Below are positions 54,919 through 63,883 of a stretch of 64,000 nt of DNA, piece after piece. The DNA is from Chthoniobacterales bacterium. GTDB lineage: Bacteria; Verrucomicrobiota; Verrucomicrobiia; Chthoniobacterales; UBA10450. The notes beneath the pieces were generated by a model that had not been told where the DNA came from, did no database searches, and was given only the letters and a program-made list of their open reading frames with translations. Every line of letters starts with the position of its first letter. The stretch's first letter is position 1. Both the position numbers and the translations under genes were made by a program. The stretch is from positions 3,511 to 67,510 of the forward strand of contig JAICMR010000002.1 in the NCBI GenBank assembly GCA_025929155.1, read 5' to 3'.

Positions 54919-55019
54919 AACAGAGGCAGTCTAACGAGTTTGGCTCCGCGCGAAAGCGCCGGGCGGAGGCGGCTCGGGATGTCGGTCGCAATCTTTCACA
55001 ATCGGCTCATAGTGCTGCG

Positions 55020-55271
55020 ATGAAGGTGAAAGTGTTTGTCACTCCCAAAGAGACGGTGCTGGATCCGCAGGGGGCGGCGGTGCACGAGGCGATGCAGCAC
55101 CTCGGTTTCACGGCCGCGCGGGACGTGCGCATCGGGCGTTATCTCGAGATCGAGCTCGCAGAAAATGGCGATGCCCCCGCGCACGAGCCGAAGCTGCGCG
55201 AGCTCTGCCGCGATCTGTTTTCGAATCCAGTAATTGAAGATTACCGGCTGGAAATGCCTAACGAAAAGTGA
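55020..55271 (+). CDS. purS: Phosphoribosylformylglycinamidine synthase subunit PurS
   Basis: 83 aa: [30 protein letters not shown]...FSNPVIEDY. Confidence 0.85.
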   Translation: MKVKVFVTPKETVLDPQGAAVHEAMQHLGFTAARDVRIGRYLEIELAENGDAPAHEPKLRELCRDLFSNPVIEDYRLEMPNEK

Positions 55272-55978
55272 TGAACTTCGCGGTCATTCAGTTTCCCGGG
55301 TCGAACTGCGACCAGGATTGTCTCGCGGCCTTGCGCGGGATCGATGGGATCCAGGCGGAATACGTCTGGCACAAGGAGACATCGTTAGGCAAAGCCGACG
55401 CGATCGTCCTGCCGGGTGGTTTTTCCTATGGCGATTACCTGCGCTGCGGTGCGATCGCTCGTTTTTCGCCCATCATGCGGTCCGTCGTCGAAGAGGCGCA
55501 CGCGGGAAAGCTGATCATCGGCATCTGCAACGGCTTTCAGATTTTATGCGAAGCGGGTTTGCTCCCAGGCGCGCTCGTGCGCAATCGCTCGCTTCACTTC
55601 ATCTGCGAGCAGGTGCATTTGCGGGTCGAGGCGACGGAGTCGCCGTTCCTGCATGGCCTCTCTTTTGGGGAAGTGCTGCAAATCCCGATCGCGCATGGCG
55701 AAGGTTGCTATTTCGCGGACGAAAAAACGCTCCGGAGCCTGAACGCGCACCAGCAGGTCTTGCTGCGTTACTGCGACGCACAAGGTCGGGTCACGGCCGC
55801 CGCGAATCCGAACGGCTCGGTCGAGAACATCGCCGGGATCTGCAATCGCGAGCGCAACGTGTTTGGTCTCATGCCGCACCCGGACCGCGCCTGTGAAGCC
55901 CGGCTCGGGAGCAGCGACGGCGCCAGGATTTTTCAATCGATGCTGCACTCGTTAGGCGTGGTGGAAGCGGCGGCGTGA
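55268..55978 (+). CDS. purQ: Phosphoribosylformylglycinamidine synthase subunit PurQ (glutaminase)
   Basis: [14 protein letters not shown]...[12 protein letters not shown]...GICNGFQIL (Cys)...MPHPDRA. 4-nt overlap with purS. Confidence 0.9.
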   Translation: MMNFAVIQFPGSNCDQDCLAALRGIDGIQAEYVWHKETSLGKADAIVLPGGFSYGDYLRCGAIARFSPIMRSVVEEAHAGKLIIGICNGFQILCEAGLLPGALVRNRSLHFICEQVHLRVEATESPFLHGLSFGEVLQIPIAHGEGCYFADEKTLRSLNAHQQVLLRYCDAQGRVTAAANPNGSVENIAGICNRERNVFGLMPHPDRACEARLGSSDGARIFQSMLHSLGVVEAAA

Positions 55979-56589
55979 GCGTCTTCGTCACCGGCACGGA
56001 CACGGGCGTCGGGAAGACGGCGTTTAGTTGCTGGCTGCTCGAGCGATTGCGGGAGCAAGGTGTCAGCTGCGCCGGCTACAAACCGATCTGCTGCGGGGAT
56101 CGCGAGGACGCCCGGCGTCTGCTCGCCGCCGGCAGCACTGGCCTAACGATCGAGGAAGTTAATCCGATCTGGCTGAAATTGCCGGCCGCGCCACTCACCG
56201 CGGCGCTTGCGGAAAGGCGGGAGCTCGACCTCGTCGCGCTTCGCGGCGGATTCGTCAGGCTGAGCCAGGAGGTGGAATTCGTGGTCGTGGAAGGCGTCGG
56301 CGGCTGGATCGTGCCAATCACCGAGAGCTATTTCTCGAGCGATCTCGCGACTGACTTGCAGTTGCCTGTGCTCATCGTCGTACACAATCGGCTCGGTTGT
56401 TTGAATCACACCTTCCTCACGGTGCGCAACGTCGAAGCTGCCGGCTTGCGCTGCCTCGGCGTCGTCCTGAATGATTTCGGCGAATCGGACGAGGTCGCAA
56501 CGAAAACCAACGCCGATATTCTGCGGCGCTGTCTCTCGATTCCGGTTGTGGAAGGCTTCCAGCCCGAGTTGCTCTCCCGGTTGCGATGA
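55975..56589 (+). CDS. bioD: Dethiobiotin synthase-like P-loop protein
   Basis: GTG start: [19 protein letters not shown]...AGYKPI..G...VVVEGVGGW. 4-nt overlaps on both sides. Confidence 0.75.
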   Translation: MSVFVTGTDTGVGKTAFSCWLLERLREQGVSCAGYKPICCGDREDARRLLAAGSTGLTIEEVNPIWLKLPAAPLTAALAERRELDLVALRGGFVRLSQEVEFVVVEGVGGWIVPITESYFSSDLATDLQLPVLIVVHNRLGCLNHTFLTVRNVEAAGLRCLGVVLNDFGESDEVATKTNADILRRCLSIPVVEGFQPELLSRLR

Positions 56590-58016
56590 AATCAAAGCGC
56601 AAGACGATCGCGGTGCTCGGCGGCGGTTCAGCGGGATTCACCGCGGCGCGGACGGCCTGCAAACGCGGGGCAAATGTTCTGTTCTTCATGGGCGACAACG
56701 CCGATCACGCGTCGCTCTGCATCAACGCCGGCTGCATGCCGTCGAAGGCGCTCTTCGAGCCGATCGACGCCGCGCATCATGCCAAACAACACGGCTGGTT
56801 TCGGGTCGAACCGAAACAGCCTAACGAACTCCTGGCGCAGATCGTTCGGTGGAAGGATGTCGAGATCGAGAAGTTTCGCGTTCATCGGCAGGAAGAAATC
56901 CGCGCGTTGGCCGGCGACTGCTTCAAGATGATCCGCGCGAACGCGCGTTTCACCGGAATGCACGAGGTCGAAAGCCAAGGCCGGCGGTACGAATTCGACG
57001 CGGCGATTGTGGCGACGGGGTCGGCCACCACTTTTCCGGAGCTCACCGGTCTCCATGCAGTCCGCGATGCGGTCTGGACGAGTGATGAAATCCTTCACAA
57101 CACGGAGATCCCGCGCTCCGTTGCCGTGATCGGCGCAGGCCCGATCGGGTTGGAATTTTCGCTGCGCTACGCTCGGCTCGGCTGCGAGGTCACGCTGCTC
57201 ACGACGCGGGAATTGCTCCCGCATTACCCGGCGAAATTTGGCGAGCGAATGGCGGTGATTTACGAGCAGGAAGGGGTTCGTCTGCTAAAGGGCCGCTTAG
57301 TCGCGCGACTACGGCGCGACGAGGCGGGCGCGTTCGAGATCGAGACAGAGGGCGCGGGAAGTTTGCCGCTCCTTCGGGCGGAACGCCTGCTGCTCGCGAC
57401 CGGCCGCCATCCCGCCGTTGACCAACTGAATCTAAGCGCGGCTGGAATTTCGCCTAACGAGAAAGGTGAACTTGAAGTCGCCGAAGACATGCGCGTGCGC
57501 GGGTCCGAGCACATCTTCGCGGCCGGCGACGTGGCGGGGTTACGAATGGTGGTGCACCACGCGCATATCGAAGCCGAGATCGCGGCCGAGAACGCCTGCA
57601 GCGAAGGCGATCGGCGTTGGACGAAGCGGTCGAACATTCAGGTCGTCTTTTCGGATCCTGAATTTGCCTTCGCCGGAATGAGATATCCGGCTGCCGAAAG
57701 CGCGGGTCACAGGCTTGTCACGGCGAGCGCCGAAAGTCGTGATATCGGCAAACTGCACCTCGCTGGAGATGATTTCGGAATCGGTGAATTCGCGGCCGAC
57801 GCGCAGAGCGGGAAGTTGATCAGCGCCGGTTTGCTCTGCAGCGACGCGAGTAATCTGATTCACCTGCCGGCCTACGCGATCGATCACGAGCACACCGTCC
57901 AACAACTCGGCAACGCGGAGTATTTTCACCCGACGAAAATCGAAATCATCAGCGAAATCGGCGACGAACTTTGCCGCAAAGTCGGCGGCCAGCCGTTTGC
58001 GCGCGCGGAGGAATAG
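56586..58016 (+). CDS. Class I pyridine nucleotide-disulfide oxidoreductase (dihydrolipoyl dehydrogenase/mercuric-reductase-like)
   Basis: IAVLGGGSAGFTAA (FAD), redox-active CINAGCMPSK, VIGAGPIGLEF (NAD), AAGDVAG, C-terminal dimerisation region HPT..E. Confidence 0.85.
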   Translation: MKSKRKTIAVLGGGSAGFTAARTACKRGANVLFFMGDNADHASLCINAGCMPSKALFEPIDAAHHAKQHGWFRVEPKQPNELLAQIVRWKDVEIEKFRVHRQEEIRALAGDCFKMIRANARFTGMHEVESQGRRYEFDAAIVATGSATTFPELTGLHAVRDAVWTSDEILHNTEIPRSVAVIGAGPIGLEFSLRYARLGCEVTLLTTRELLPHYPAKFGERMAVIYEQEGVRLLKGRLVARLRRDEAGAFEIETEGAGSLPLLRAERLLLATGRHPAVDQLNLSAAGISPNEKGELEVAEDMRVRGSEHIFAAGDVAGLRMVVHHAHIEAEIAAENACSEGDRRWTKRSNIQVVFSDPEFAFAGMRYPAAESAGHRLVTASAESRDIGKLHLAGDDFGIGEFAADAQSGKLISAGLLCSDASNLIHLPAYAIDHEHTVQQLGNAEYFHPTKIEIISEIGDELCRKVGGQPFARAEE

Positions 58017-58047
58017 CCGTCGCTTCTTTCAGCCTCAACGAGTCGGT

Positions 58048-59241
58048 TCAAAAGCGAACCGTAAATTGCGTTGCGAAGAAACTGCTCGTCCGCTCGGAGA
58101 CGAAATCGCCGCCGATGAGGCTGTATTGGATTTTCCACTGCGTGTGCGCGGAAAAGCGGTAACCCAGGGCGACTTCGGCGCGCCAGATGTCATGCGCTTT
58201 GGCCACGGAGTCGCGCTCGTTCTGGAACATCTGCTGGTTCCAGCGTAATGCCCCGAAAAGTTGCGGCGTGATCTGGTATTTCGTTTCGACGTAGTAGGCG
58301 AAAACATCGGCGTCGCCCACTCGCGGCACCTCGAAGCGTGACTCGATCACTTCCAGCCAGATCTGCCAATGGCCGCGCGCATAGCTGATGTCCTGGCCGA
58401 GGACGAACTGCCGGTAATCGTCAATCCCCCCCTCGTCATGCGGGAGCGGCGCTTCCGCGTTGAGGTAGGGGCCTTCGCCGGCCGAAAGTCCAAAATGCCA
58501 CGCCTCGTTAGGCTGGAGGCCGAAGCGGAGATCGGTCGCGGGGCGGCTGAAATCATATTCATCCCAAGTCTCGGGGCGCGAGGAGACCGGCGCGTTTTTC
58601 ACTTCCGCAGCGTATTGAAACATTCCCAACTCGCCGGAAACAGAGATGCCTTGTGCGTAAGATGGGCCCCAGACCACGGGCAGGAATTCATATTTTTCCG
58701 AACCGGGAACTGCGCGAAAGCTCTGGCCGGTGAGCGGCAGTTGCCAGTCCGAGACCAGAGTTGCCGTCTCGTAAGGGAGCGGCGCGTTCACGAACGGGTT
58801 GTCCCACGACAAATGCCGCTCCACCCAGGCGCCGAAGATGGTGGCGAATCGCCCGACCTGCACGTTGAAGCGGCCGTCGCTCCACGGCGTGATGCGGAGC
58901 GCGAATTCATCCAGCCGTAGTTGCGCGCCGAGGTCGCTCGGGTCGAAACCGGTGTCGACCCGGGACTGCGCAAAAAAGTAAACATGCGGCCCGAGCTGCG
59001 CGTCGAGGAATGCCGTTAGGCGCGGAGCAAACAGGTCGTGTCCATCGGCACGGATCAGGCCGGGCGGCGGCTGCGCGAAATGGTAATACTCGAGGTCGAG
59101 CAGGCCGCTGAGCCGGGCACGGGCCTGATCGTGATAACTGCTGATCGTCAGGCTCTCGTCGATCCGGTCGATCAAATCCTGCGCGGCGAGGAAGGGAGCC
59201 GATGCCAGCCAAAGACCGAAAGAGAGGAGCAACGCTTTCAT
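58048..59241 (-). CDS. Putative outer-membrane beta-barrel protein
   Basis: Signal peptide MKALLLSFGLWLASAPFLAAQ, alternating aromatic/hydrophilic strands, C-terminal ...ATQFTVRF (terminal Phe). 4-nt overlap with the upstream kinase gene. Confidence 0.55.
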   Translation of the reverse strand: MKALLLSFGLWLASAPFLAAQDLIDRIDESLTISSYHDQARARLSGLLDLEYYHFAQPPPGLIRADGHDLFAPRLTAFLDAQLGPHVYFFAQSRVDTGFDPSDLGAQLRLDEFALRITPWSDGRFNVQVGRFATIFGAWVERHLSWDNPFVNAPLPYETATLVSDWQLPLTGQSFRAVPGSEKYEFLPVVWGPSYAQGISVSGELGMFQYAAEVKNAPVSSRPETWDEYDFSRPATDLRFGLQPNEAWHFGLSAGEGPYLNAEAPLPHDEGGIDDYRQFVLGQDISYARGHWQIWLEVIESRFEVPRVGDADVFAYYVETKYQITPQLFGALRWNQQMFQNERDSVAKAHDIWRAEVALGYRFSAHTQWKIQYSLIGGDFVSERTSSFFATQFTVRF

Positions 59242-60995
59242 CTGACTACCTCTTCTGCTTTCGCCAGACCAAAAACCGCCAGAAACTCGGTCCAGGCCGC
59301 GTCCGAGCGGACGAGACTCAGCTCGCCACCGTGCAGTCGCAGAAGCTCGCGTGCGAGGTTCAAGCCAAGACCGTGGCCAGCGACCTCTTCTGCCCCGCCG
59401 CGCTGGAAGCGCTCAAAAATTTCTGGCTGCACTGCGATTGGTATTCCGGGCCCGGTGTTCGCCACGCGCAGCTCTACCGAAGCATCGCGAGCCCGCCCGG
59501 TGATGCGGATGGTGCCATCGCGGTAGTTATATTTCTGCGCGTTCTCGAGAAGATTTTGCACAACCAGACCGGTATATTTTCGGTCGCCCGCGATCCACAA
59601 GCATTCCGGGAGATCGCTCTCGACTTTGAGGTCGCTGCTTTCGGGCAGCGCGCAAATATCCTCCACCCACTCCGCAACGAGGTGCGCGAGATCGACTTTG
59701 TGCAGGTTGAGCCGGAGCTTGCCGGCATCCATCCGCGAGAGCAGGAGGAGGTCTTCGACCACACCCGTGAGCCGATAAGTCTGGTGAATGAGCGACGAGA
59801 TTTCCTCGTAGCTGTCCGTTGGGAGCCCCTCCCGCGCGAGGAGTGAATCCAAGCCGGCCCGGAGGACCGTAATTGGACTTTTGAGCTGGTGAGAAGCATC
59901 AGCGGAGAAGCGAGCCGAGCGTTGCAACTCCGCGTTCGTCGTGACCAGTTTCGCTTCCGCCTCCCGCGCCTGCGCCCGGTTTTTTTCTGACGCGACAGCC
60001 AGGGTCTCCACGGGTTGGGAGAGTCGGTGCGAAAGCAGATGACTAGCCAAAAAACCCACGAGCAGCAGGATGGCGCCGGCGCCGAGAAACTGCGTGCGCA
60101 AGTGTCGCTGACGCGCGCGCAACTGCGTCAGCGGATAAAGGCAGACTTCGTAAGCCGGCGGATATTGCGACTGCGGATTGAGCCGCTTGAAGAAGAGCAG
60201 ATGCGGTGTTCCGGCGATCGCGAGACTGAAACTTCTGGGCTGACCCGCGCCGTGATTGGTAATTTTTGCCACCTCCTGCGCGATTCGCTGACCCGTCGCG
60301 GCATCGAACCCGGAGAGCTGAAGTTTGTTCTGAACCAGAATGCCGCTCATCATTCCAGCGCCGCTGCGGTGCCCGGCCGTCTCGACCGGCGGAAAGCCGA
60401 GGACGAGCGCCGAAATCACTTCACCGGTTTCGGTTGATTGAATCGGGACCGCGATCATTTCATCAACCGTCGTGCCGATCCGCTCGTCCTCGCGCAGGAG
60501 ATAACCGGTCTGCATCCTGGGCGACAGGCTCGGCTGCGCAAGCTGCTTCTGCTCGTTAGGCAAAAGCTGGCCGGCGTCGTCGGTCGGCGGGGGGATTACG
60601 GCGCCATGGCCATCGAGGAAACGGTAAAAGCGCGCGTGCAGAGCGTCGGCCCCGCCCTCGTCGCGCATCAAATCGCGCAGCTCTTCCTGCGCGTTCGGAT
60701 AGAGCAGGTCGAGGGCGTTATCTTCCAGTGCTGCGTGAATCCGGGCATTGCGCGCGAGCGCGGTCGAGCGATCCGCGACGGCGGCGTTGCGCAGATCTTG
60801 GAGACGATGCAGCGCAGCCAGCTCGAGTTGGAAATCTCGCCGTAAATCTTCCTGCACATCCCTGGCCGCGCGATGTTGCGCCACGTAGAGACCTAACAAC
60901 GTCAGCGCGGACACCACCAGCATCATGGCCACGAACAATCGCAGGCGGAAACCGCGCGGAGTGACCGCGGGCGGCTCTGCGACGGCCGGCCTCAC
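59238..60995 (-). CDS. Sensor histidine kinase (two TM, large periplasmic domain, HisKA + HATPase_c)
   Basis: H-box RFSADASHQLKSPITVLRAGL, N-box LLENAQKYN, G-boxes ANTGPGI and GHGLGLNLAREL. Confidence 0.85.
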   Translation of the reverse strand: MRPAVAEPPAVTPRGFRLRLFVAMMLVVSALTLLGLYVAQHRAARDVQEDLRRDFQLELAALHRLQDLRNAAVADRSTALARNARIHAALEDNALDLLYPNAQEELRDLMRDEGGADALHARFYRFLDGHGAVIPPPTDDAGQLLPNEQKQLAQPSLSPRMQTGYLLREDERIGTTVDEMIAVPIQSTETGEVISALVLGFPPVETAGHRSGAGMMSGILVQNKLQLSGFDAATGQRIAQEVAKITNHGAGQPRSFSLAIAGTPHLLFFKRLNPQSQYPPAYEVCLYPLTQLRARQRHLRTQFLGAGAILLLVGFLASHLLSHRLSQPVETLAVASEKNRAQAREAEAKLVTTNAELQRSARFSADASHQLKSPITVLRAGLDSLLAREGLPTDSYEEISSLIHQTYRLTGVVEDLLLLSRMDAGKLRLNLHKVDLAHLVAEWVEDICALPESSDLKVESDLPECLWIAGDRKYTGLVVQNLLENAQKYNYRDGTIRITGRARDASVELRVANTGPGIPIAVQPEIFERFQRGGAEEVAGHGLGLNLARELLRLHGGELSLVRSDAAWTEFLAVFGLAKAEEVVR

Positions 60996-61636
60996 GGCAG
61001 ATCAACGTGCAAGGTTGCGCCGCGCTTTAGATCGACCGGCCGTTCCCGCGTCGTCCGGCTGTCGATCCAGGCCCTGAGCACGAAATGCCCCGCCGGCAGA
61101 TTCGTCAGGCGATATTTTCCTTCCGTATCGGTGACCGTGAAATAGGGCGTGTCGAGCACGAGAATCAGACCACGCATGTGCTCGTGAATGTCACAACGGA
61201 GCGTGACCAGGCCGGGTTTGTCGAAAACCTGAAACGGCGCCGGTTCTTCTCCAGGCGGATAACGGCCGAGGTCGAAGCGTTTCGCCGGAGAGAAGGAAAA
61301 AATGTTGTGATAGGTGTCGTCGTGATTCGGAAAAGTTACCTTGGTTCCAACCTCGATCGCGAGGAGCGGCGGAACGAAGGCGTAATCCTTTTGCGCGACC
61401 TGTTTCGTCGGGAGCGCGCCCGGCTTCGAAAAATCCCCCGCCAGATAAACCACGGCGCGAGGCGGATCCGTCGCGAGCACGCCGGCTTTGCTCACGATCT
61501 CGTAGCGCGCGGTCAAAATCGGGGCCGAGTGAGCTTTCGGGAGCGCGACTTTTCCTTCCAGCGTGGCCTGTGCCAGACAGCTCAACGGCAGGAAGGCTGC
61601 AAGCGCCAGGGCGAGGCGAAAAAATTTGCAGTGCAT
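60992..61636 (-). CDS. Secreted cupredoxin-like + carboxypeptidase-regulatory-like domain protein
   Basis: Start re-set to the ATG at 61636 (MHCKFFRLALALAAFLPLSCLAQA). VTFPNHDDTYHN and LRCDIHEHMRG resemble type-1 copper ligands (His...Cys-x2-His-x2-Met). C-terminal TDTEGKYRLTNLPAGHFVLRAW. Confidence 0.6.
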   Translation of the reverse strand: MHCKFFRLALALAAFLPLSCLAQATLEGKVALPKAHSAPILTARYEIVSKAGVLATDPPRAVVYLAGDFSKPGALPTKQVAQKDYAFVPPLLAIEVGTKVTFPNHDDTYHNIFSFSPAKRFDLGRYPPGEEPAPFQVFDKPGLVTLRCDIHEHMRGLILVLDTPYFTVTDTEGKYRLTNLPAGHFVLRAWIDSRTTRERPVDLKRGATLHVDLP

Positions 61637-61862
61637 CGCGACGAGCCGGTTAGCAGGTTCAGCCGGGGAGGCATACGATGTAGTGGACATGGACCGGGCG
61701 CAATCTCGGCAGCGAGTATTTACCGAGGCCTCGTAAAGAAGCAGGCGACGAAAAGTAACAGGCTCGTAACTTTTCGCTGGTCGCCGCACTCTAGCGGTCG
61801 AGGAAGACTATCTGCCAGCCGGGCTTTCGCTTTTCTACTTCAATCTTCTTTCCGCTCCGTTC

Positions 61863-62528
61863 ATGCACATTCTCGTCGTCGAAGATGAAGTCCGCCTTGC
61901 GCGCCACATCTCTCGAGCCCTTACCACCGCTGGCCACGACGCCATCGTGGTGCATGAGGGCGAGGTTGGCCTGCGCGAGGCGCAACGAACCGACTTCGAC
62001 CTGATCATTCTCGACATCATGCTTCCAGGGATCGACGGCTTCGAGGTGCTGAAGCAGTTGCGCAAATCGCGCGTCGACAGCCGCGTTCTCATTCTCACCG
62101 CACGTGGTGAGTTGACCGACCGCGTGAGCGGCCTCGGCCTTGGGGCGGATGATTATCTCGCAAAACCTTTTGCGATGCAGGAACTCGTCGCGCGGGTGGG
62201 CGCGCTCGGGCGGCGTTATGCGGAAAAGCCGGCAGTTAAATTGCAGGTCGCCGATCTCACGCTCGATCTGACGGAGAATCAGCTCCATCGCGGGGAGCGC
62301 GGGATTGAGCTGTCGGCGCGGGAGCTGACCCTCTTGCGCGTTCTCATGCGCGAGCCTGGCCGCATCTTTAGCCGCACAGAACTCTGCGAACGAGTCTGGG
62401 AGCGCGAGCACGAATACGACATGAAACTGGTGGAGGTCTTTATCAGCCGGCTGCGCAAGAAAATCGGCGATCCTCCGCTCATCCAGACGGTCCGACACCT
62501 CGGCTACTGCATTCGCGAGGCGACGTGA
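61863..62528 (+). CDS. OmpR/PhoB-family response regulator
   Basis: MHILVVEDE...DLIILDIMLPGIDG...LTARG...ADDYLAKPF, plus a winged-helix C-terminus (LTLLRVLM...VFISRLRKKI). Confidence 0.9.
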   Translation: MHILVVEDEVRLARHISRALTTAGHDAIVVHEGEVGLREAQRTDFDLIILDIMLPGIDGFEVLKQLRKSRVDSRVLILTARGELTDRVSGLGLGADDYLAKPFAMQELVARVGALGRRYAEKPAVKLQVADLTLDLTENQLHRGERGIELSARELTLLRVLMREPGRIFSRTELCERVWEREHEYDMKLVEVFISRLRKKIGDPPLIQTVRHLGYCIREAT

Positions 62529-63883
62529 GGAATTGGCCACTGCGCTGGAAACTGGCGCTCTATTCCGCTCTCCTGGCCGTCGCCGCCACCGTCGGTGGCG
62601 CCGCCACGACCTGGATGGTGATGCGTCACCGCGAGATCGCCGCCTTCGATCGCCGCTTAACGATGGATGCCGACGAGCTGTTCCGCGATGTCGAACATTT
62701 CAAGCGCGATCCGATGGCGCGGCGCGGGGGGTTCCAAGAGAGTTTCGTGCCGCTCGCATTGCGGAACCGTCTTGTTCAGGTGACTGACGGGAACGGCCAT
62801 ACGCTCTATCGTTCCGCCGCTTTGCCTGAGCCGATTCCGCCCGACGGGATCGGCAAAATTCACACGCGCAATCTCAAAGGGCGGAGTATTCGAATCGGCG
62901 AGTTCACTCGCGATGGACTTACCTTGCGCGTCGGCGCGGATCTGTGGGAGATCGACCAGGTCGGGCGCGATATCCTCCTGGGCATGCTCGCCGCCATTCC
63001 GACAGTGCTAGTGCTCATCGTTGTCGGCGGGCGCTGGGTTGCGAGCAAGGCGGTCGCGCCAGTCGAAGAGATTCGCCAGGCGGCTATCAAGATCACGGCG
63101 CACCGGCCCGACCAGCGGCTGCCGGTTCCCAACACTCGAGATGAGATTGCCGGTCTGGTCGAGGTCTTGAATGCAGCATTCGAGCGGTTGCAGCGGAGCC
63201 TGGAGCAATCGGTGCGGTTCTCCGCCGATGCATCTCACCACCTCAAAACGCCCATCTCTGTGCTCCGGGCTGGCGCCGAAGAAATCATTGCCGACCACGA
63301 ATGTAACAACCGAACTCGGGCGACAGCCGAAGGATTGCTGCAGCGGATCCACCAGCTCAATGCGGTCGTGGATAACCTCCTCCTGCTCGCCCGCGCCGAT
63401 GCGGGCCGGCTGGTCTTGCACCGTTCCAATTTCGATCTGAGCGAGCTGCTCGAGGGAATACTGGACGACGCCCGGGCCCTGGCGGAGCCATTCCATCTCG
63501 CAGTAGAAGCCGATGTGCCGAAACATCTTCCGCTCCGCGCCGATCGCGGCTTCGTCGGCACGATTGCGCAAAATCTGCTCGAGAATGCAGTGATGTATAA
63601 CACCCCAGGCGGTCGCATCCGCGTTGCCGCCCACGCGGTCAACGGCTGCGTTGAGCTGACGGTTGGCAACACTGGCGCAGGTGTTCCATCCGACCTCGCG
63701 CCGCATCTCTTCGAACGCTTTTACCGCGCCCGCGGCGATGAACGTGTCACCGGCAACGGGCTCGGCCTCAGCACTTCGCAGGAGCTGGCGCGCGCGCACG
63801 GCGGCGATATTACCCTCGTCCGCTCGGACGCGGATTGGACGGAGCTGCAAGTGCGGTTGTGCTCAGAGCCCGCTGCGAATTGA
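62525..63883 (+). CDS. Sensor histidine kinase (CusS/heavy-metal-sensor-like)
   Basis: GTG start overlapping the regulator gene stop. H-box RFSADASHHLKTPISVLRAGA, N-box LLENAVMYN, GNTGAGV, GNGLGLSTSQEL. Confidence 0.85.
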   Translation: MRNWPLRWKLALYSALLAVAATVGGAATTWMVMRHREIAAFDRRLTMDADELFRDVEHFKRDPMARRGGFQESFVPLALRNRLVQVTDGNGHTLYRSAALPEPIPPDGIGKIHTRNLKGRSIRIGEFTRDGLTLRVGADLWEIDQVGRDILLGMLAAIPTVLVLIVVGGRWVASKAVAPVEEIRQAAIKITAHRPDQRLPVPNTRDEIAGLVEVLNAAFERLQRSLEQSVRFSADASHHLKTPISVLRAGAEEIIADHECNNRTRATAEGLLQRIHQLNAVVDNLLLLARADAGRLVLHRSNFDLSELLEGILDDARALAEPFHLAVEADVPKHLPLRADRGFVGTIAQNLLENAVMYNTPGGRIRVAAHAVNGCVELTVGNTGAGVPSDLAPHLFERFYRARGDERVTGNGLGLSTSQELARAHGGDITLVRSDADWTELQVRLCSEPAAN

